Below, piece after piece: positions 12,201 through 24,200 of a stretch of DNA of 64,000 nucleotides. Source of the stretch: Sphyrna mokarran (taxonomy: Eukaryota); assembly GCA_024679065.1 (NCBI GenBank), contig JAGIQG010000009.1:55552001-55616000 (forward strand), in the 5' to 3' direction. The position numbers were made by a program, and so were the translations under genes. Position 1 is the stretch's first letter; each line of letters opens with the position of its first letter. Under the pieces are notes generated by a model that saw only the letters and a list, made by a program, of their open reading frames with translations, was not told the origin of the DNA and ran no database searches.

Positions 12201-15200
12201 ACTTAGGGACTTTACATTTGTAATATAAATACAATGATAAAAATCTAGCTGATAGTATCTAATTGCTTACCTGGACACAACCTGTTCTTACAAACCCGTG
12301 TTTGTGCATCCTGTCCCTCACAGTGGGCCCCATCAAATGATGGCGGAGGATTATTGCACAGTCTTAGTCTAGTTTGAGTCCCTTTACCACAGGTCTCAGT
12401 GCATGGTCCCCAGGGCAACCAGGAGCTCCAGCCACCAACAACTGAAGAAAGATTGATAAAGAGGTACAGGAACATTTCAGTATATAAAAGTATAAAAATT
12501 GGAAGAGGCCTTATAAAGAAGATTAAAATAGTAAACAGGATAGAAAGCGATAAATCTTTAACATTTTATTAAATAGAAATAAAAGATCACAGGTTCACAT
12601 TAGCAATGGCAAATTTATGTCTCTTATAAAGAAAGTAATAAAAAAGTGCAGTGGGCTTCTAAGTCTTTTTTGTTCCTTCCCAGGACATGGGAATTGCTGG
12701 CTAGCCCAATATTTTTATCGTCATTTCTGACTGGCCACTTTCTTGAACTACCAGAGTCCAGGTAGGAGCCTTGATGAGTTGCTGCAGTGCATCTTATAGA
12801 TTATATACACAATTGCCACTGTATATTGATAATGAAAGGGGTGGATGTTAGAAATGATGGAAGGGGTGCTCATCAAGTTGGCTTCTTTGTCCTGGATGGT
12901 GTTGAGCTTCTAGATTGTTGTTGGAGCTGCACCCATCCAAGCAAGTGGAGAGTACTCCACCATACTCCTGATTTGCAGATGATAAGCAACCTTTCAAGAA
13001 TCAATAGCAAGAAAAATCTTGGAAAACTGAAAAGGAACACAGAAGGCAGGAGACTGAATGACTGAACATAGTTTGGAAATGAAGTTTTCCCTTCATACCC
13101 ATCTTGTGAAAAATGACAGATCTAAACTGGGAATATGCAGCGCCATGCAAGGGAGAGACAATATACCATTTTTCTTTCTCTATCACTGAAGATAGGAAGA
13201 GATGCATGATCATATCATTTAAGGTGCACTTGTTTTCAGGAGAATATATTTGTCTGACCTTTTTCTCACTGGTAACAAGCAAGCGACATGATGATGTAGA
13301 GTGTTCTGAATACAACATTATAATGTGGTGCCAATGAGAAAAATGATATGCTGCAAGCTCTGATTATCCTGCTTTCTTTCTCTTCAAAACATGATTTTAC
13401 TAAAAGTGTACATCTTTAAGCACTTGAAGTCAGGGAGGATACTTGATACATGGATGTCTTATTGTTCTGCTTGTGTTTTTGTTAGGAGTTAAGGGAGTTT
13501 AAACATTGAAGCAATTTGCCTTTCTTGCTTTATGGAATTCAGTTAGATCAGGGCATGGGATAGGTGGGTGTCCATCAAATTAGTGCTCTTGTTGATTATT
13601 AGTGCTCTAGTTGCTGTATTTTTTTTGTGTTAGTTATTGATATTAGCTTGTTGTCACTGCTCCCTTTTATAGAACCATAACAGGAGCAGGACTAAAAAGT
13701 TCATTTCAATTCTGAGCCAAATAACCATGAAAACCAACCCCAACACCTCCCACCCGCAATGCAATAGGATCAAGAGATTTTAATTCCTTGGCATTTATTG
13801 CATGTTCCTGAATCTGGCTTGACAGGGAATCAGCAGGAATTATGTCACTGCCAGAGAGTTAGGGTCAAAATTGGTGGTGTGGTGAGGGAGGATTACCCAT
13901 TAAAAAAGTACCTTCCAAAACAAATAGGGACTGGGAGATGGGAAGGCAGAGGTTGGAAGCTTCAAAGGTCTAAGTTATCCTTGTTCAGGCCAGTGAAGTA
14001 GCCTGGTCTTGCGTAGAAGAGGACATATTTTAGAGAAAAAAAAGTACTCTACTCCTGTGTAAGAAAGGCAACGGAAGAGTAAATAAACTGAAATTCAATA
14101 CACTTTTTCAGATATTTCTTGGAGACATCCCTCTGAGTAGGAGTCCTAAGTAATGGAAGTTATATTCAAAGTCTTTGTGTAAGATAGAAAGTTACAGTGA
14201 GACAGTGAACATTAGACTGTTCAAATTGTCTCTGATACCTGGACAAGGCCGAATGTTGCACATGATAGCCTCCACAGCTTTGCCTTCACATCTTTTCCCC
14301 CCATTTTGCACTGATGGATTAGTGCACGTCCTGGTCCTTGTCTTGTTGCCCTGGCCACAGGTACGAGAACATTCCTCCCACTGGCCCCACTCTGACCAGC
14401 TGCCATCCACTAAAGGCATAAAATATTCATTCATAGTGTTTTTCAGCAGTTAATGTTAATTTATTCTTTTAGCAACATTTCATCAAAATAACATATACAA
14501 AATCTTTACCTGTTCTATGTCAAAGAGTTACTCCAAAGCGAGCAGTTTAGATCAAGCAAAGCATAGGCAACAATTAAATCTCAAAATTAAAATTAATTTC
14601 CCTCTTCTGATATGTTGCATTCCTTTCCTGAAGGTATTGACTCATACTGCAGTATGATTGTACAGATTCACCTTGCTCTCTGGTACTTGCGGTGAGTTTA
14701 GAAAGACAATTCATTGATTTTCAAATTTTGATCCCTGAATATTAGGAAGGGCAAGCTAATCTTGGAAGCCCATTAGGTCACACCTCTCTGTTTGTCACCC
14801 GATTTCTTTATCTTTGTATATTTCTAAACAAAAATGACATAATTTTCTGTTGCTGTACACTAATGAAGATTTCAACACTATTAGCAATGTTTATCTTTAG
14901 GTGAATGTCACTTACTTTCTTTTAGAAGCAAGGGCATAGGGTCCTATGAGAGTGAGTCAGTCAAATGTTTCAGGAATTCCCAAGAATGTGCCAGTCAATA
15001 TTTGCTGGGCTCTCTAATAGCATGCTGGTCAATATTTACAGTGTACCTTGATAGCATGTTGATCAATATTTGCAGCGTTCCCTAACAGTATGGTAATCGA
15101 TATTTGCATTTTTCCATGACAGGTGTTCGTTTATATTAGCAATGTTCCCTGAAAGCTAATTGATGTTTACAGGTTCCCTGATGTTTGTTAGTCAATTATG

Positions 15201-18200
15201 GCAGGGTTTCCTGACCGCACATTAGTTGATATTTGCAGTATTCCCTGATGGGTGTTGGTCAATGTTAACAGGGTTTCCTGACAGTGTCGGTCAATATTTG
15301 CAGTGTTTCCTTGTATTTGTTATAACTTCAAATAAATAGATTTGTATCTGTCAGTCTGACCGTAAAACTTAAAGTGGTTCCAATTAAATATGTAAAGGAT
15401 CCAGGAGTTTTATATGATAACCCGAGCAAATACATATTCCATGAGCAGTTCTGACTGAAGCACAACTTGATTATTGAATCTAGCATGGTTACAGAAGAGA
15501 AGGAAGCTATTTAACCTGACATACATGATGGTGTTGAATGAATCAGACTCCTACACATTCTCAGGAAATGTATTCCAGAGTCTAATCATCCACTGCATAA
15601 AAAAAAAAGTTCTATCATTTCTTTGACATGGTGTTAATGACCATAGAAACCCTACAGTGCAGAAAGAGGCTCTTCAGCCCATCGAGTCTGCACCGATCAC
15701 AATCCCACCCAGGCCCTACTCCCATATCCCTCTATCCTACGCACCTCAGGATACTAAGGGGTAATTTTAGCATGGCCAATCAACCTAACCTGCACATCTT
15801 TGGACTATGGGAGGAAACCGGAGCACCCGAAGGAAACCCACACAGACATGAGGAGAATGTGCAAACCGCACACAGGCAGTGACCCGAGCCAGGAATCGAA
15901 CGCAGATCCCTGCAACTACGAAGAAGCAGTGCTAACCACTGTGCTACCGCGCCACCCACGTATATTTGCAATGTTTCCTGAAAACATGTTGGTCATTGTT
16001 TGCTGTGTTCCCCAAGCATATTAGTTGGTATTAACAGGGTTCTCTGTGCATTAGCCAATTATTGCAGGGTTCCCTGACTCCATGATAGTTGATATTTACG
16101 GTGTTCCCTGACAGGGATTTAAAGTTTCATAATATTGTATGGTGATATTTTCCGTACCCAAAAATGTTAATTTTGTTTTACTTTCATGTGTATTCAATTA
16201 CAATGTGCTGTCAATAGTTTTAATTTGGAATGAATTTTTAACTATGCATTCAAAGTTATCCTACACACTCAAAACTATCCTATTGCACTTAGCAATCCGT
16301 ATTGAATAATACACAGTATTTAATTACTTAAGTAATACTTGAATTTGTTCAGTTTCTCATTTAATCCATAAATATTGTTTTGCTATATACTAAAAGCTTG
16401 AGAGAGCCACCTGATCCCATAAATCACAGAGATTATACTTCCTACCCATTCATTCTCCAGGACTCAGGTCTAAACTGCCTTAGGATGCAAATTCTTCCCA
16501 TGGCCACTGTCTCCATACTCTCAAATTCTCCACCTCCAAGACATGCTTCTCCCTCTCTCCAGTCTCTCTTCCCTCCTCATTCCACCATCCTCTCCTTCTG
16601 GTCTCCAGACCTTGGGACCTCCAAACTTGCTCCTCTGACTTTTCAAGGCTTATTACCACGATGCTGCTCCTGCAATGATTTTTATGTTTAAAGAACCTCT
16701 CCAAAAATCATCACTTCCTGTTTTCAGCCAGCCTTGTAAGCAGAGGTCTTTAATTGAGAGGAGGGATGGGAAGGTGGAGAGAAGAGAAGAGAGCAGGGGA
16801 GAAGAGCGAGGTGGAAGGGAAAGAAAGAAGTAGGAGATAAATAAGAAGTGTTTGGATGGGGCATAAGAGTGTATCAGCAGGGAGGGAAAAGAAGAGGAGG
16901 GAGAAAAAGAGAGTTGGGTGAAAGCAAAATGTGTGATTTTTTTTTATGCAACACAGCACGGGAAACAGGCCCTTCAGCCCAACGAGCCCGCGCCGCCGTC
17001 ATACTATATAGTAGCAAATCCATTATCCTATTTTAATATTCCTATATAATAATATATATTATTCCTAATATGGAAAATTCTCACCATAGGGACAATTTGT
17101 TTCCCAATCAGCCTAAGAGCGAATTTTTGGGTTGTGGGAGGAAACCGGAGTGCCCGGAGAAAACCCACGCAACCACGGGGAGAACGCGCAAACTCCCGCA
17201 GACACCGGCCCAATTCCAAGTGTCTGCACAGCCACATCGATAGTCTCTGAGCTGTCATGGTGCCCTTCAGATGGTCCACATAAAGCACTCATTTACGACA
17301 TGAGGTACCAGGCAACCCATGAATCAACATCCAAGAGCTGTACCCGCACCACCTGCCGAATGCATGCTCAATTTCAAGTATGGACCGAATTACCTGTGGA
17401 AAAAAGCCGTAGTTAAACAGTCCTACTATATCCCTCTATCTGCATACCGCTCATGTGGCTGTCCAAGAGACCCTTAAACAGCCCCAGCGTGCCTGCTCCC
17501 ACCACCTTACTCGGCAGTGCATTCCACACCCCCACTACCCTTTGTGTGAAAAACTGCCCTCTAATATTCGTCCTATACATAGCCCCCCTCACCCTATGGC
17601 CATGACCCCTCGTCCTATCCATTTCTAAAGGTGGAAAAAGTTTACCTCCATTTACTCTATCTATACCCCTTATAATCTTATACACCTCTATGAGATCCCC
17701 TCTAAGCCGACGTCTTTCAAGGGAAAACAACCCCAGTCTATCTATTCTTCACACTGCAGCATAATCAACTGAGACTTTGGAAAATTCTGGCTGTATATGC
17801 AGTCATATTTTGTCGTGAACACTGCAGGACAATAATGTCAGCTGATAAACTGTCTTTAGGTATCACCAGTCTGGTTCTGAGGGAAAATGATAATTAAATG
17901 GTCAGTTTGGAATGGAAATGAAATAGAATGATAGCCAGATGATTCTTGTGAGTGAAAGTGATACCAAATGACAAAATAATTGCAATCAAGTGCAGCTGAC
18001 ATGAAATGAAAGCTGTTGAACAACAAAGAACATAGAACAGTACAGCGCAGGAACAGGCCCTTTGGCCCTCCAAGCCTATGATGGTCATGCACTCAGATAG
18101 ACCATTTGTTTGTATCCCTCTATTCCCAGTCTGTTCATATAGTTATCTAGATAAGTCTTAAATGATCCCAGCGTGTCTGCCTCAACCACCTTGCTTGGCA

Positions 18201-21200
18201 GTGCATTCCAGGCCCCCGCCACTCTCTGTGTAAAATGTGTCCCCCGGACATCTACGTTGAACCTTGATCCCCTCATCTTGAACTTGTGACCCCTTGTGTT
18301 CGTCACCTCCGACCTGGGAAAAAGCTTCCCATCGTTCACCCTATCCATACCCCTCATAATTGTATACACCTTTATTAAGTCGCCCTTCATCCTCTGTCTT
18401 TCCAGGAAGAACAACCCCAGTTTACCCAATCTCTCCTCATATCTAAGACTCTCCATATCAGGCAATATCCTGGTAAACATTTTCCATACTGTCTCCAAAG
18501 CCTCCACATCCTTCTGGTAATGTGATGAGCAGAACTGGATGCAGTATTCCAAATGTGGCCTAACCAACTTTCTACGTAGCTGCAACATCACATGCCAACT
18601 TTTATACTCTTATGCTCTGTCCAATAAAGGCAAGCATGTCATATATTGCCTTCACTACCCTCTCCACTGTGCTGCCACTTTTAAGGATCTGTGGATTTGT
18701 ACACCCAGGTCCCTCTGTGTATCTATAATCCTGATGGTTCTGCCATTTGTTGTATAGCTCCCCCTGCTACATTAGATCTACTGAAATGCATCACTTCGCA
18801 TTTATCTGAATTAAATTCCATCTGCCATTTCTCCACCCAATTTTCCAGCCTATCTATATCCTGCTGTATTCTCTGACAATGTTCATCACTATCCGCAGCT
18901 CCAACAATCTTTGTGTCATCCGCAAACTTACTGATCACACCAGCTACATTTTCTTCCAAATCATTTATATAAAAGCAAAATTTGTCAAATAATATGAAAA
19001 ATATCTGGACAGGGAAATATTAACAGGTAAAATGATTTATTAGTTTGCTTTTTCCAGGTGTAGGCATGAAATCTTAAATATAAACTACAAATTAAAACGA
19101 TGAACTATTAAGTAGCATTAGTCTGTAAAGTAGAAATGTACCTGGGCAAGGTTTGGACTGGCATCTGCGTGATTCTAAATGAGTGCCCGTGCAATGCCGT
19201 CCTCCATTTGCAGGCATTGGATTGTTACAAAGTCGCAGTCGTTTCTGCATGCCCTGTCCACAGGTAACGCTACATGGCTCCCACTTCAACCATTCAGAAT
19301 ATCCACCATGCACTGAGGGAGAAACATAGACAATGTTTGTATTGCCAATCCTTGGTATGATTTTTAATTGCATTCTGCAGCAAAGTGAAAAGGCTACAGC
19401 AAATGTTTATAGTGGTTTCAGTTAAAATAATTAATTCTCTCTTACCTTTGAATGTGTTCAATTCACAGCTTTTGATCATAGGATCATAAGAAATAGAAGT
19501 AGAAATAGAGATAGATCATATAGTCCCTTGAGCCTTTCCACTATTCAGTATAATTAAGGTGAATTTTCTGTCTCAGTTCCATGTTTCTACCTACTCCTCT
19601 TTGCCCTGAGAGAAGAAATATTTATCCCAGCCTTGAATATACTCAATCCGCACTCATGACCCTCTGGGATAAAGAATTCCAAAGATTCACAATCCTTTGA
19701 GTGATGGATGTCTTCTCATTTCAGTCCTAACTGATTGGCACCTTATCCTGCCATTATGCCATGTGATCTATAATCTCGGGCCTTTTCAAAATGGGGGTCA
19801 CAACCCACAGATGGGTCACAGGGATATTGAAACTGGGTTGCTGGGTAGGCAATTTAAAAAAAAAGGCATGTTCTATGGTCCTATCCAAAACATCATGAGA
19901 TGTTCTGTGATCCTGTTCAAAAGAAAAGTGGTATGTTCTATTTATAATGTGCATTTTGTAAAAGTTAGTACAGCAATTGAGAATCTCTGGACTCAAGACG
20001 GTGACACAGTCAGCATGCAGAGGAAAAGCTTAGCATTGCCTGATACAATTCCTTACATAAAGTACACATAACTTGAAAACATAAGGTGTATTTTTAAATG
20101 TATAGTAAATCCTGTTTAGATTGTGGCTCTGGCAACAATAATGCAGCTTTCTTGGTCAGTAGTTTGTGAGTTTCTATTTCTAGTGTGTTGAGACATTAGA
20201 TCAATTTGTGTGTCTAAGTGTATAACATTCATTTATATTAGTGAAGGCATTCAAGATCATCTGCACTCACCTTGCACTGTCAGAGTGATTTTGACAAGCA
20301 CAGAACCCATGAGATTCCTGGCCACACACTCATATTCTGATGTGTCCTCCTTCTGCACAGCAGCAAGCCGCAATGAGTTGTTAGATAAGATTGTGATCCT
20401 GTCGTTTCCTATTAACGGCTGACCTTGACGGGACCACTCAATGGTTGGAAGTGGCTCTCCACCTGCTTGACAGTTCAGCATCACTGTGGTGCCAGCATCA
20501 ACAACAGTATCCATGGGTTCAACAGTGAATACTGGGGGACCTAGGGAGAAAAGACTAACACTAACATAAAGCAAAACATAGAAAGGTCTCATCTGTTTTG
20601 CATTTTTTAAATGGAGAAACCTCTAGGAATGAGCCCAAGTTTTTACTGTAGTATACCACCAAGATTGAAAAAATACATCTGAGTATTAGTTAACAGAACT
20701 GCCAGAACTTCAGAGTACTGATGTTGAAGCATAATAAAAGTTGTTGGTAAATCAAAATAATGTGTCCAAGAAGAAGGAAGATGTGTAACAGACACATCAG
20801 AGACAGCATATAGGGAAGTACAAAGACATACTTTTTAGACAACAGTAGAGATACATTCCTCTATGAAATAATATTTGACAGCATTGCTGGTGATTACATT
20901 GCAAAATTTCAAAAACAAAATGATTCATGAACAGGATATGTTCAAAAAGAATTATGACTGAAATGTGATGCCAACGTAGATTAGCTTCACTTTAGCACAC
21001 ATTATGTATTCCTGTAGAACCGTCTGAAGGTCATTCTGATATCAACACTGCACCACTAGGTAACAAAATTCTACGTGAAAATCCCACATAGAAAGATTTC
21101 AAGGAAACAAATTATTATATCTATAAATATTCTGCTTAGGCAGTCTCTTGGGATTTAGGATGACTTGTTTCCACTCTGGTTCAGTGTGTTCTGTGATGGC

Positions 21201-24200
21201 TGATAAGTCAGATGCATGATCTGCAAACTCGACCATGTGGGACAACTGGCACTTTAAAGTCCAGATCGTATGGAGGCTTGTACACTCTCCCTGACTCATC
21301 AACTCCACCATTGCATGTTTCTGATTAAGTCGCTCAATGTGTTTGGTGCCACCTTCCTGAATGAATCTTCTTCATAATAATCAGTCACAGGCCAGGGATA
21401 TCTGACCACTTTAGGGATGTCCTCAAAGCATCTCTGATGTCTTCACTGTCCACCCAAGTGTCTCCAAATTCTGAGTAGTGTACGCTGGTGTCAGGCATAT
21501 GTGCAATATATCCAATTCATAAGAACTGGTTTTAAGTGATTAGTATTTGATGCTGGGTATATTGACTTGCAAGAAGACAATACTGTTGGACAGCCTTTCC
21601 CACTGATTTGGAGGAGCTTGTGCAGACACAATTGGTGATACTTCTTCAGTGTTTTGAGGAGTTTGCTATAGGTCATTTAAATCTCCAAAGCATGTAGAGT
21701 TTATCAGGCAGCAGGTCATTGATAACCTCTGACCTTTGTCTCAGGTTTGAGATTCTGGCCCTCAAATATTCTTTCCTTCAGTTGACCAAAGAATGAGCTA
21801 AAGGTGACGATTAAGTTGATGAAGGCAACATTGACAATAAAAAGGCTTCCAATTTGTAGAAAGGTGGAACAAAAATGCAAGATTTGATTACTGTGACTGA
21901 CCCTAAGAATAATCAGCACATTATGATTTGAGCAATCTTTCATTCATCCAGTTGTCCTCATAATACAGATATATCTCGTTAATATGTATTTTATGTATTC
22001 CCTGTATTCAAATTTAACTTTATAAATTCTTATCTCATTTATTATGCGAAGCACTTAAAATTGTAATTGAGAATATAACTGTTAATGCCTAGGCAAGACA
22101 GAAAAAGAATAGACTATCTGCATAATCCTTTTCCATACTAATTGCATTTAAAAAAAATGTTTAATTTAAAAGTAAACAAAACTTCTGGCAAGTTTTGAGT
22201 AGGAGAGAAGAATTCAAGGAGTGGAGGAAGAATGAATGGAGGAAGAATGAGCATACATCACTGCCAAGCACGTTGGGAGGGGAAAGAGGGATTGAATTCA
22301 AGCGTGAAGAGATAAGGTTATAGAAGAAATCAAAAGGGTCAGGGAAAGATAAAATTACTGCAGGCAGGAGATTGGGAGTTGCTGAAGGGACCTACTTGCC
22401 CTCTTCCACATTCTCATCATCTACCTTCTCAGATTTAATAATTAAAGGCCTGGCTTCTGCTCCTTTTGGTTGTAGACTCCTCTGCTGTTCCATATTGTGA
22501 AGCATGCCGCACTTGAAAATTATCCTGGGAATGCTATAGAGCTCCTCTAGAATGGTCAAGATACCTTATGTGTATTTAAGAATGCCAATAGCCTCCTCTG
22601 TTGTATTGCAGGTCAACACATGGCTGTTGTATTTTTGGCCTCTGTTTGCAATGAGGGTAATCAACCACTTTTTGTTCCCCATAAGTCAACCATGGATTTG
22701 TGTGATGTCTGAATAAAATGGAGGCAGTTGTAAACACACAGTATAAATGAATTGTGGCAATAGCCAAGGTACACTGCACTTATGTACTTGAACACTTTGG
22801 TGTGACTGCACACTACCTGCATATTCAGGTAGTAGAATGGTTTTCTGTTTATAAATATGTCAGGTTGATAACTTGATTCCCTTATGGTGACATGGGGTGC
22901 AGTCGCTAGCCCCCTTACTTGAGGAAAGCTGGCTAATCCCCGATCGTTTGGGTCTACAAGCCATATCGATCAGGGAGTTAATGTACTCCCTACATGAGCA
23001 AAGAGGACATCCATAACTGCCTTGATGTACCTTTGTGTAGCTGATTGTGAGATGCCACAGAGATCTCCAGCTGGGCACTGGAACAGCCAGTAGCATAAAA
23101 CTTCAGAGCATTTGTGATCTTAAGTGGGTAAGAATGTGAATTGGTACACTGTAGTACCAGTCCTTTTAGCTGCAAGATATATATCTCAGTCACCAATTCC
23201 TAGGTTAACCTGAGCTGCCTTTGGCATTCATTTACAATCATATCCAGATATAACCTCACCAAAAAGGTACTTAACCCCCTCCAAAAGGGTACTCAACGTC
23301 GCCAGAGAGCTCCACTAGTTAACACCTTTTGCTCAAAGTTGTAAGTCCCACGAAATCTTGAATAAAATTGCTTCTGATTGAAAACAGCTGCACTTCTAAA
23401 CTTTGAAACATCCACGCTGATGAGTTCTGTCCCAAATGGCAGGTAAGCTGCACGTGTGGGTAGCACGCTGCAGTCATCAGTCATGTCATCGGCTGAGAGT
23501 TCTTGTTGTCCAGTGGCTATCCTGCTGTTATTTTTTGTAATGGATCAAATGCAGCAGGCACAGTGATTGCTGCAAAGCAAAGGTTTCAGCACTTCTGTCA
23601 TTACAAGAGATATTAACCTGAATAATTCTCTGCCTATGATCAGACTCCAGTGAATGTTAAGAGAATGGAATGCTCTTCAATTCTGGTGAAGGCAGAATTC
23701 ATGTGCCGTGCCCACAAAATGATCAGTCTGCATTCAATGACACCTTGCACCAAGGGAAGCCTTGGCCTCACTTTTTCTATTTTTCTCTGGCAAGAGAAAA
23801 TTAAATCTAATTAGCTCTCAGTCAGAGCATAGCGACTTTCCTTAAACACCAGTGGATGACAAATAGCAGCATGCTGAAAATATTTCCAGCTGCAGGAGAA
23901 AAGCATAGAAGTTCATTGTCATAATTACTTTCACCACTACTGGTAGTCCATGCCTTTAATGAGGTTGCAGCTATGGCTGCATCTGGTGGCAGATTTAGGT
24001 GAGGACATCCTTATGGAAGTGCGTCTTCATTGTTTGTCACTGGGGGTCAGGAAGAGAAATCACTCCCTAAACATTTTTGCCCCTCTCCTTTCCTCAAACC
24101 AGCATTGCATGTTAATTGGCATCATAACCTGTCTATTTTGCATAGTTCTGGTGGTTTCAATGAAGATGCACTAATGCCCTCATCAACATTGTGTTTAGTG

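Noticed and set aside
14989-16115. CRISPR-like appearance of the ~34-bp repeats
   Set aside because: Units are head-to-tail and degenerate with no unique spacers; vertebrate intron; no cas genes.
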